From Theionarchaea archaeon (GTDB lineage Archaea > Methanobacteriota_B > Thermococci > Methanofastidiosales > SZ-28-30), in NCBI GenBank assembly GCA_018992685.1, contig JACVGT010000042.1:1-39260 (forward strand): a stretch of DNA of 39,260 nt, in the 5' to 3' direction. The notes under the pieces were generated by a model that was not told the origin of the DNA, ran no database searches, and saw nothing but the letters and a program-made list of their open reading frames with translations. Positions within the stretch are counted from its first letter, which is position 1, and each line of letters opens with the position of its first letter. Shown piece after piece: positions 19,241 through 27,800 of the stretch. The position numbers and the translations under genes were made by a program.

Positions 19241-19447
19241 ATGAGAAGCCGAAAGATTCTTGCGGCTGTGCTGGTGGGGCTGCTACTGGTAAGCGCACTC
19301 GGGCCAGTGGTAGCTTTTGGTGAAGATAGTGACTCATTGGACTATACAACATGCACTCTTGAAGACTTGCTTGAGTGGCTTCTTGAGTACATGTTATGGC
19401 TCTTGGAAGGTCGACCAAATGGACCACCAGTTCCCAATTGTGGATGA
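19241..19447 (+). CDS. Small secreted peptide (68 aa, two Cys)
   Basis: GGTGA RBS; signal peptide MRSRKILAAVLVGLLLVSALGPVVA; followed by a hairpin/T-tract terminator. Confidence 0.75.
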   Translation: MRSRKILAAVLVGLLLVSALGPVVAFGEDSDSLDYTTCTLEDLLEWLLEYMLWLLEGRPNGPPVPNCG

Positions 19448-19493
19448 CCTCTTGGGGTTAATCCAAATGGTGGTTGAAAGACAAATCAGTTTG

Positions 19494-19522
19494 AGGGACA
19501 TAGCATGTCCCTTTTTATTTTT
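19494..19522 (+). terminator. Hairpin plus T-tract terminator
   Basis: AGGGACAT-agc-ATGTCCCT followed by ttttattttt. Confidence 0.75.
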
Positions 19523-19636
19523 CTGCACTTACTGACTACAGAATGTGCATGAGAGCACCCGCATCTCACGCCGCTTGCTGGAGTCCAAGGCAGAATTCAC
19601 CACAATGTTTTTAAGACCTGCAGAGACACACCCATC

Positions 19637-20416
19637 ATGAACATGAGAACGAATAAGGGTTACGCAGCCATAGGAATTATCATAGTTGTCGTTATAGCTA
19701 GTATCTACTATCTAGAATTCTACAAAACGGTAGCAATGGGAGATACAGTCTTTGTAAATTATACTGGAACACTGGATACCGGAGAGATCTTCGACACCTC
19801 ATTTGAAGAGGTGGCAATGGATGACTCTCAGGCCAAGGTGTGGTGGTTCAAACTGAGAACGGGCTATGAACCTCTGGAAATTGTTGTGGGGAAAGGAAAT
19901 GTGCTTCCAGATTTTGAAATGGCCTTGATTGGCATGCGGGAAGGACAGAAGAAAGAGATAGCAGTTGCTCCCGAGAGAGCAGCAGGACTAAAAGATTCCA
20001 CGAAAATCAAGGAGATCCCCTTGATTCAAACCCTGAACAAAGAGGAAGAATTGACTATTGAAGAATTCAAGACGAACTTCCGTCAGGACCCAATAGTAGA
20101 TGGAATTTACCAGTTCCAGGGCGTCCCCGTCATGGTTACAGAAGTCACGGAGGAGACTGTACACTTTGTCTTGCAGTTTCAGTTGGGCCAGGAAATCTAT
20201 ATTTCATTGGGAAACGCCAAGGTCACTGGCGAAACAGAAACAGAGTTTGAAATAACCCTTACTCCGACTTTGGGCGATGTGATTTACACCCTTTTTGGAG
20301 AAGGACGGGTCATCGAGATCAGAGAAGACGCTATGCTGGTAGATTTCAACGCGGTGCTTGCAGGAGAAACGCTCCATTACACAATCTGGGTGGTAAGAAT
20401 AGAAAAAGCAGAATAG
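19637..20416 (+). CDS. Membrane-anchored FKBP/SlyD-type peptidyl-prolyl isomerase
   Basis: N-terminal TM; GDTVFVNYTGTLDTGEIFDTS, ALIGMREGQKK, VDFNAVLAGETL. Confidence 0.88.
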   Translation: MNMRTNKGYAAIGIIIVVVIASIYYLEFYKTVAMGDTVFVNYTGTLDTGEIFDTSFEEVAMDDSQAKVWWFKLRTGYEPLEIVVGKGNVLPDFEMALIGMREGQKKEIAVAPERAAGLKDSTKIKEIPLIQTLNKEEELTIEEFKTNFRQDPIVDGIYQFQGVPVMVTEVTEETVHFVLQFQLGQEIYISLGNAKVTGETETEFEITLTPTLGDVIYTLFGEGRVIEIREDAMLVDFNAVLAGETLHYTIWVVRIEKAE

Positions 20417-20417
20417 C

Positions 20418-20582
20418 CTATTCGTCAGGAGTCCGTTCAGGGAAGACCTCCAGCATCACGGGACTTTCAAATCCGCATTCTTCACACACATAGGAAGACT
20501 GAGGAATAATGCCCATAAGGAAGGTCGTCCTCTTGAGCCTGGTGCTCCCACAATTCAGACAGACGAGAATGCCTTTCTTCAT
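20418..20582 (-). CDS. 54-aa zinc-ribbon protein (not in ORF track)
   Basis: MKKGILVCLNCGSTRLKRTTFLMGIIPQSSYVCEECGFESPVMLEVFPERTPDE*; two CxxCG motifs; ATGA overlap with the mbf1 stop. Confidence 0.8.
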   Translation of the reverse strand: MKKGILVCLNCGSTRLKRTTFLMGIIPQSSYVCEECGFESPVMLEVFPERTPDE

Positions 20583-21031
20583 GCTTTCCTCTTCTTTATT
20601 CTTATTACGTCGCCGATGGTCAAATCGTCAGAATACCGTCTGGTATGGACAATCTCTGGTTCAGACACTTTTTCCACCAGTGTTATTTCCAGAGCACCTT
20701 CCAGCTTTCGAGCCAGTTTGCGAGAAGGTCTCATATGACCCGTTTCTACTCTATGAATGACTGATTCTTTTTCATTGATGGTCCTGGCCAATTCTTTCTG
20801 AGTTAGCCCTCTTCTTTCTCTTCCTCTTCTCACAACATCGGGATACTCATCTACTACTTCATAGTCTTCTGTCTTGGGATGGAAGGCCGGTTTTCGATCA
20901 GATTTCACTGGTTTCTTCTTCACTACAGTGCCATAACGGACACAATTCTGACAAACAGTCAGCCTCGCACTCTCCACGAAAACTTCTCTACCCTTCCCTT
21001 TTATTGACCTTCCACATATTTCACACATCAT
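20579..21031 (-). CDS. mbf1: Archaeal multiprotein bridging factor 1 (Zn ribbon + HTH)
   Basis: CEICG..VCQNCVRYG, GLTQKELA..EKESVIHRVETG, C-terminal TIGDVI; divergent from pan. Confidence 0.93.
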   Translation of the reverse strand: MMCEICGRSIKGKGREVFVESARLTVCQNCVRYGTVVKKKPVKSDRKPAFHPKTEDYEVVDEYPDVVRRGRERRGLTQKELARTINEKESVIHRVETGHMRPSRKLARKLEGALEITLVEKVSEPEIVHTRRYSDDLTIGDVIRIKKRKA

Positions 21032-21154
21032 TATCCTAGGCTGGGCCAGAAATACTCTTAAAGTTTTCGCTAATCGATGCCACTAACCAAAAGATTTATA
21101 AAGGGTTGCAATAATATTAGTAGATAATGCTTTTACATAAAAGGGAGGAAATTC

Positions 21155-22360
21155 ATGTCATACCAGGCCAAGTATGATGAAGGAGGCCGACGCGAAGCAG
21201 ACCGCGTCGACACAGAAAGCTATTTGCAAAACCTCCAGAGACGAATAAAGAGTCTGGAACTGCAGAAACGTAATACGGAAACCGAATTGGTCCGGCTGCA
21301 GCGAGAGAACAGAGAATTGCGAAAAGAGTTGGATCGTCTTCGGTCTCCTCCTTTGATTACTGCGGTAGTGGAGGATGTTCTGGTAGACGGGAGGGCTGTG
21401 GTAAAAAGTTCCTCCGGCCCCAATTACGTGGTTAATGTCTCTCATTTTGTCAATACTAACGACATCGTTGTGGGCAGCAGGGTGGCTATGAATCAGAGAA
21501 CACTCTCTATTCTCGAAGTGCTGCCGTTCTCAAGGGATCAGGCGGTTTCCAGCATGGAGATTGTGAGAAAGCCTGCTGTGGCCTACAAGGACATCGGAGG
21601 ACTGGATGTGCAGATTGCAGAGATCAAAGAGACTGTTGAATTACCTCTAAAGCATCCTGAGCTCTTCGAACGAGTGGGGATTGAGCCTCCATCGGGTGTC
21701 CTGCTGTATGGTCCTCCGGGAAATGGAAAGACGCAACTGGCCAAAGCAGTTGCCAGTGAAACTGAATCAACCTTTGTCAAAGTCGTGGGTTCTGAATTCG
21801 TTCGCAAATTCATCGGTGAGGGTGCTCGCATTGTCAGGGAAGTCTTCCAGCTTGCCAGAGAAAAGGGTCCCAGCATAATCTTTATTGATGAGATTGACGC
21901 TATTGGATCCCGGAGAATTGATTCAGAAGTGTCTGGAGACAGGGAAGTCCATCGAACGATGATGCAGTTGCTTTCAGAAATGGACGGGTTTGATCCTTCT
22001 GGAAACGTCAAGATACTGGCTGCCACCAACAGGCCAGACATTCTGGACCCTGCCCTATTGCGTCCAGGAAGGTTTGACAGGTTGATTGAGGTCCCCCTTC
22101 CCGATAAGAAGGGCCGCTTAAATATTTTGAAGATACACACCTGCAACATGAATCTCAAGAGTGTGGAACTGGAAGATGTCGCAGAACGATCAGAAAATGC
22201 ATCTGGAGCAGACCTCAAAGCGATCTGTACTGAGTCAGGAATGTTTGCAATTCGAGAAGGCAGGGACTACATCGAAGAGGCCGACTTTTTCAGTGCTTGC
22301 GACAAAGTATTAGGGTCATACGAGGAGAAAGATTCAGAATCAGGGCTTATCTATGGATAA
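21155..22360 (+). CDS. pan: Proteasome-activating nucleotidase
   Basis: Coiled coil + OB domain, [42 protein letters not shown]-terminal HbYX (IYG). Confidence 0.96.
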   Translation: MSYQAKYDEGGRREADRVDTESYLQNLQRRIKSLELQKRNTETELVRLQRENRELRKELDRLRSPPLITAVVEDVLVDGRAVVKSSSGPNYVVNVSHFVNTNDIVVGSRVAMNQRTLSILEVLPFSRDQAVSSMEIVRKPAVAYKDIGGLDVQIAEIKETVELPLKHPELFERVGIEPPSGVLLYGPPGNGKTQLAKAVASETESTFVKVVGSEFVRKFIGEGARIVREVFQLAREKGPSIIFIDEIDAIGSRRIDSEVSGDREVHRTMMQLLSEMDGFDPSGNVKILAATNRPDILDPALLRPGRFDRLIEVPLPDKKGRLNILKIHTCNMNLKSVELEDVAERSENASGADLKAICTESGMFAIREGRDYIEEADFFSACDKVLGSYEEKDSESGLIYG

Positions 22361-22453
22361 GTTTCAGTCCACGCATTTTTTACTATCATTTGCATTTTTT
22401 GAGTTTTGAATTGTTATCAGAAATAAAAAGGAAAGGAGGAAGGATATAATTTA

Positions 22454-22492
22454 TCCTTATTGATAATAATTAGTATATAAAGATATCGGTAA
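22454..22492 (-). promoter_or_regulatory. Orphan BRE/TATA promoter facing the pan 3' end
   Basis: Minus strand TTACCGATATCTTTATATACTA...; 31/39 identical by manual alignment to the promoter at 24455-24493; no ORF downstream. Confidence 0.55.
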
Positions 22493-22770
22493 AAAGTATT
22501 GATTAAGAATACTATCGTCAACCGCTACAGCAATTAACGAACTAAAGAGAGATCCTATCCTCTGTTCAGGAATGTTCGTTCCAGCTCTCGGACTTTACAT
22601 ATGTAAAACATTTGTTTTCATCAGAGGATATCGGAAAACTAGCCGTTATCATTTACAAATGTAAACCGAGCGAAGAATTGCTATTTCATGGCCCGAAATA
22701 GGAAGGTGCCCGATTCCGGGTACATGAACAATGCGAAAACCTTATATTTGACATGATGCAAGAGGTGCCA

Positions 22771-22826
22771 GATGATGATACCGACAGCGTCTGACCCTAC
22801 GGGATGATGACAGATGGGCGGTCTGA
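22771..22826 (+). ncRNA. Box C/D 2'-O-methylation guide sRNA
   Basis: C ATGATGA 22772-78, 12-nt guide, D' CTGA 22791-94, CCC-TAC-GGG hairpin, C' ATGATGA 22804-10, 12-nt guide, D CTGA 22823-26; TATA at about 22742. Confidence 0.92.
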
Positions 22827-22845
22827 TACAACCAGGTGAATGAAT

Positions 22846-23835
22846 ATGAAATTTGGTATTGAGTTTAGTCCTGAAAAACCTACGTACGAAGTGGCGTATT
22901 ACTCTCGAGATGCAGAAGATGCAGGATTTCACCACGTATGGATAACTGACCACTATAACAACAGGAATGTGTACAGCACTATGACAGACATTGCCTACCA
23001 TACTAACAAGGTATTGATTGGATCTGCAGTCACCAATCCGTATGTGTCCAGCCCTGTGTGGACAGCCAGCGCCATATTCACCATCGATGAAATCTCCGGA
23101 GGGAGAGCAATCTTTGGCATAGGGGCTGGGGACAAAATGACTCTCAATGCTATTGGGATAAAGTGGGAGAGACCTCTAGCTGCTGTAAAAGAAGCTGTGG
23201 AAATCTTCCGGGAATTGAATGAGACAAAAAAGTGCACGTATAACGGAAGTTTCTTCAACATTCCCAATGCCAGAATCAAGAAGAAGCCCTCTCACAGAAT
23301 TCCTGTGTATATTGGAGCTCAGGGTCCAAAGATGCTCCAGATGTCAGCTGCCATGGCAGATGGGGTCTTGGTGAATGCATCCCATCCCAGAGACTTCGAG
23401 CCTGCAGTCAGGGCGTTGAAAGAAGGGGCTGAAGAAGGAGGAAGGAATCTCTCAGAGCTTGATGTAGCAGCGTATACCAGCTTTTCAATAGATGAAAAAC
23501 GGGATAAAGCAATAAAGAAAGCCAGAATTGTGGCAGGTGCAATTGCTGTGGGTTCTCCTGACTTTGTACTGGAACGGCACGGTATCGAACCGGAGACAAG
23601 AGATGCAATAAAGGAAATGGTCGCTGGCCAGGATTTCAAAGCCATGAAAGAAGGCGGGGTTCCCGATCATGTGGTAGAGGCATTTAGCATTGCAGGAACA
23701 CCCGAAGACTGCGTGGAAAAAATAAATGCACTTGGGAAGGCCGGGGTAACCCAGATTGTCACCGGAATGCCTCTGGGCAAGTCAAAAACAGATGCTATAA
23801 AACTGATTAAAAAAGAGGTAATTCCTCACTTTTGA
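22846..23835 (+). CDS. mer: F420-dependent methylene-H4MPT reductase (Mer)
   Basis: [65 protein letters not shown]. Start set by the AGGTGA RBS. Confidence 0.9.
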   Translation: MKFGIEFSPEKPTYEVAYYSRDAEDAGFHHVWITDHYNNRNVYSTMTDIAYHTNKVLIGSAVTNPYVSSPVWTASAIFTIDEISGGRAIFGIGAGDKMTLNAIGIKWERPLAAVKEAVEIFRELNETKKCTYNGSFFNIPNARIKKKPSHRIPVYIGAQGPKMLQMSAAMADGVLVNASHPRDFEPAVRALKEGAEEGGRNLSELDVAAYTSFSIDEKRDKAIKKARIVAGAIAVGSPDFVLERHGIEPETRDAIKEMVAGQDFKAMKEGGVPDHVVEAFSIAGTPEDCVEKINALGKAGVTQIVTGMPLGKSKTDAIKLIKKEVIPHF

Positions 23836-23837
23836 AC

Positions 23838-24371
23838 ATGGAATGCTTTACCTGTAAGATCACAACTGCTGTAGACAAGTCGTATCCAGTCCGCGAAGCT
23901 GTATTCGGGGAGAGTTCTGGACGGTGCCGGTGGCATGCGTGGGATAATGATGCCGTGTTCGTCTGCAGTGTATGCCGAAAGCCGAAATTTTCTGAACAGG
24001 TTGCCTGGTGCAGGAAAAAGGATGTACTCATTTGTACCGAATGCGGTCCCTCACAAACGGTAGAGAATCAGTTCTGGTTCTGGAAGAAGTACACCCTTAT
24101 CAGCTGTCCCCACTGTGGAGAACGCCACCCCACACTCAACCGTCAGGAATTCTTGGGTGAACACCCCTGGCAGGCCAACCCATTTCGCTGCCCCCAATTC
24201 CCTATCTGGTATCCAGGTGGCCGATTACTTGAGAAGAAGAATCTAGCCCAGAGAAAGCCGGGGATACGTTGCCCTCACTGTAATGCTCGTCTTTCAATTT
24301 CAGACCCTGGCACATACCAGTGTCCGTACTGTCACCAGACGTTCCAAGTACGAAAAAAATCTCACCGATAG
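23838..24371 (+). CDS. Cys-rich multi-zinc-finger protein
   Basis: CFTC, CRWH, CSVC, CTEC, CPHCGERH, CPHC, CPYC; directly downstream of mer. Confidence 0.78.
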   Translation: MECFTCKITTAVDKSYPVREAVFGESSGRCRWHAWDNDAVFVCSVCRKPKFSEQVAWCRKKDVLICTECGPSQTVENQFWFWKKYTLISCPHCGERHPTLNRQEFLGEHPWQANPFRCPQFPIWYPGGRLLEKKNLAQRKPGIRCPHCNARLSISDPGTYQCPYCHQTFQVRKKSHR

Positions 24372-24454
24372 CTGCATATCTAAAATACCTTCCCCCATGA
24401 TAGCGGTTCTTCCCTGATAATCTACTATGAAGATAGGTGGTTTTACCTTCCTTC

Positions 24455-24493
24455 TTACCGAAAGATTTATATAGTATTGATTAGCAATAATGA
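24455..24493 (+). promoter_or_regulatory. Promoter of the wHTH/giant surface protein operon with downstream palindrome
   Basis: ACCGAAAGATTTATATA then TATTG-attag-CAATA (24475-24489); ATG follows at 24497 (leaderless). Confidence 0.75.
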
Positions 24494-24496
24494 ACT

Positions 24497-24874
24497 ATGA
24501 GATTGAAAAGGAACATTGGTGATGCAAAGTATGAAACTACATTTCTCCTCAGGCCGGTAGATGGTGTTGGAGAAAGTATGAAAGCAGTGCTCAAATGCAT
24601 CTTCTGGAGAAAACCCGAACTTTCAGAACCTGCTTTGGAATTCCTTGAGATCATCAAAGAGAATAAAGGTGTTGATGACAGCCTGTGGGAGACGTTCTGC
24701 AGGAGCTCATCCATTACCCGGGGTCAGTATGACAGCATAATCAAGAAACTGAGAGGCTCGGGATTGATCTACAAGAGAGACAGCACCTGGATGCTTTCAG
24801 ATGATTTCATGGAGTTTCTTCAGACTGTACTTCAAATAGCAGAACACTGGAAGATCGAGGGTGAGTATCAATGA
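24497..24874 (+). CDS. Putative winged-helix DNA-binding protein
   Basis: ITRGQYDSIIKKLRGSGLIYKRDSTWMLSDDF resembles a recognition helix plus wing; ATGA overlap with the next gene. Confidence 0.65.
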   Translation: MRLKRNIGDAKYETTFLLRPVDGVGESMKAVLKCIFWRKPELSEPALEFLEIIKENKGVDDSLWETFCRSSSITRGQYDSIIKKLRGSGLIYKRDSTWMLSDDFMEFLQTVLQIAEHWKIEGEYQ

Positions 24875-27800
24875 AGAAGGCAATTCCCCTGATGCTCTTG
24901 GTGCTGCTAGCTGCTGCACAAGTGAACTCGCAGCAAGATACCAGTGTTCCCCAGTATCTCGAATTTGACGATCAGATTCTGGTAATGAGAGAGTCCTTAC
25001 GGCAGGATAGAATTGAAATGATTCGTTCAGAACGGTTTGAGCCTAATGAGTGGTATGCTGACGTCTATGGGCCAGCCCCTCCCTATTACTTCTTCCAGGC
25101 TCCCCTAGGAAGTGTGATGCAGGACCCCTCTGCAACATACTATGGAAGGCAGATTATTCTGGGTCCTAACTCCCTGTACATGATAATAGTCTATGATTTT
25201 GAACACGACTCCATTATTGAGGCGGGAGAGTGGAAAGATATAAATGGGAACTTCATTGCAGAAGCCGAGGAATGGTTTGACGAGAATATGAACAATGTCA
25301 GAGATTTCGGCGAATGGACAGATTCCAATGGAAATGGAATTGTGAACCTTGGAGAACTCACTGATGTAAATGGAAACGGTGTCTTCGATATTGGAGAATG
25401 GCATGAAGGAAAGAACACTGACGGAGACCCCACCAACAATTTGCCAGGAGAATTCAATGGGGCCGTTGATCCCAATGAATGGATCGGGATGAACCTTGAT
25501 CGATCTATAACAAAAAAACTGGCCCTGAAAATCTATAAGAGAGTTTACACAGCTGCGGTACCCATTTGGAAGGAGATGGACTACAAGGAATATGTCTATC
25601 CAACATACCCAGAAAGGGTTATCCAGCACCCAGCACTGAGATCCATGACATCCCTGACTGATAATCAGAAACTAGTGTTGCTCTTGAGACTTGAAGACTG
25701 TGAACGCTGTGAAGTCGTTGGGGATGTTGCGTGGTATGAAGATGAATTTGCTCGAATCGTATTTAATTTCCAGGGATTCGTCAGAGAAACACTTCACACC
25801 ACCCTCCCCCGTTGCGAGGGATGCTACCAGGCCACGGTATCTCATTACGCCAGGCTACAGATCTATGTCCACGAAAAGTTTGATCTGCTGTACGAAGATT
25901 TCTACCTGCACTCTGTGGAACCCAGAGGACTTCCTGACAATGCCGATGGAACCACGGGATACTACTACTCGCCACGGGACGAGATGTACCGTGCTGATCG
26001 GTATGAGAGAAGAATCCGTTCGCTGGTCAGCTTTGATCCATACTATCTCATCATCCGGGATAATAACGAAATGGTACTTTACGAGACAATCTATGGAAAA
26101 GCGCTGATTGTACCCTACGATGCTAAGGAAGAGGAATATGGTTCTCACATTTACGAACGCAAGTATCCTGACGGCACAGAAAAGGACATCCGCATAGAAG
26201 TGATCCATGTCTATCAGATTGAGACTCCATCCTGCGAACAGGTGCTTGTAGCCCGGCTGCTCATTGATGAGGACACTGAGGCCTACAATACGTCAAGTAT
26301 AGACCCTGACGAGAAGGTGTTCACAGTGTTCTATTACGCCTGTGACAACCACTTTGAAAATAACGTCATCTTCCCTGAAGAATATGATAGAGGTCTTTCT
26401 GATTTTGGCATCATAGTAGAGAAGATAGAACTGGAAGAGGAGAAGGTGTGGTTGAAATTCGTGAGAGAAGTGGAATCTGAGAGAATTCCCAATCCTGCGG
26501 GATTCCTTTTTGGAAGCCAGGACTATCAAATAGTGTTTGATGAATTAGACAGGGACAACCCCCTGGGCATGTGCGACTACTACGATAAACAAGAAGAGAA
26601 TATCCCTCGATTCGAGAAAATCCTGGTGGATGTGTCCTTACCTTACCGGTTTTTGTTGAACAATGCAGTCTTGAAATATGAGGACCTGAAAGGAAATCCC
26701 AATGAACTGGCCTCTTACGAGGAACAACCCTGGGAAATGACTGAATGGAACACAGAAGTGACCATTCTGCAGCTGAAAAAAATAGCCTATAATCCGAATG
26801 CTGCAGACTATACAGGGTTGGGGTACGACGATATTCCTATCTACAACCCACCATTGAATCCAGCTCCAGGATTGGTGCAGGTAGGACCTGATCTGCTACC
26901 TAATTTCCAGATTTCAGACGAGGACTTTTCTGGAACTTGTATCCCCGGGGATACTATCACATTCTATATTGAGGTGTATAACGGATCTGGGGGGCCAATG
27001 GCTGTGCAGGTCCAGGATGATATACCTGTTGGAATGCAAATGGATGCAGCCCAGATAACTCAACTGATTCTCTCAGGTGGTGTGTTGATTGAGATCCTCC
27101 CAGCTGATGGAATCGGGAATCCGGGAGAGACGGTAGTATGGAACATTCCCAATCTCCCTCCAGGATATACCTTGCTATCATACAATGCTACAGTTGTTTC
27201 CGACGGAACCGTTGGCTTTGGAGGAAGTATCATAAACGATGGATGCATTGCACAGTACTTCGAGACTGGAATCCCCAGGATTGCTGCAGCCCCTGCAGTG
27301 GAAATACTTGTTCAGTCTGCCCAAATTATAAAAGAACCCTTCGCAGACCTTGCATGCACCATTCCGGCTCCAACTATTCTTCCAGGAAGCAGATTGTATT
27401 ACAGACTGACTGTTTACGACACAATAGTGAATCCAGTGAGTCTCTACCATCCGCAAGTTATCGAGGTATCTGATGTTATACCCATTCCCACCATCAACCC
27501 CCAATACCACGTCTCATTTCCTGGACTGACCCCTCAACCAATTGTAGGGAACGTTGTTTTGTGGCAGGGAGTGAATGTACTGGGTTCAGGAGGTTCTATG
27601 ACCGGCATCTACAGTGTTTTTGTCCCCGTCGGATCAGCTGGAAATATTTTGAACGATGCATCAGTTACCTACGTTGTTCCCTTCCCTCTCCCAGGAGTAA
27701 CAACCGTAACGACAGTAAGCAACCTGGCAGAGACATGGATTGTGACCCAGTTGTCTCAGATAACTGAGCCGCTGGAGCCCTGTCTGTCCATGAATATCAG

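Noticed and set aside
19637-19720. Class III signal in the FKBP (KG/YA)
   Set aside because: Tyr at +1 does not fit the usual consensus; a simple membrane anchor suffices.
21709-21735. PAN Walker A variant GPPGNGKT
   Set aside because: The catalytic GKT is intact and Asn at this position occurs in other active AAA+ ATPases.
22361-22735. AT-rich gap as a replication origin
   Set aside because: No convincing repeated ORB elements (only one TTCCAG) and no cdc6/orc1 nearby.
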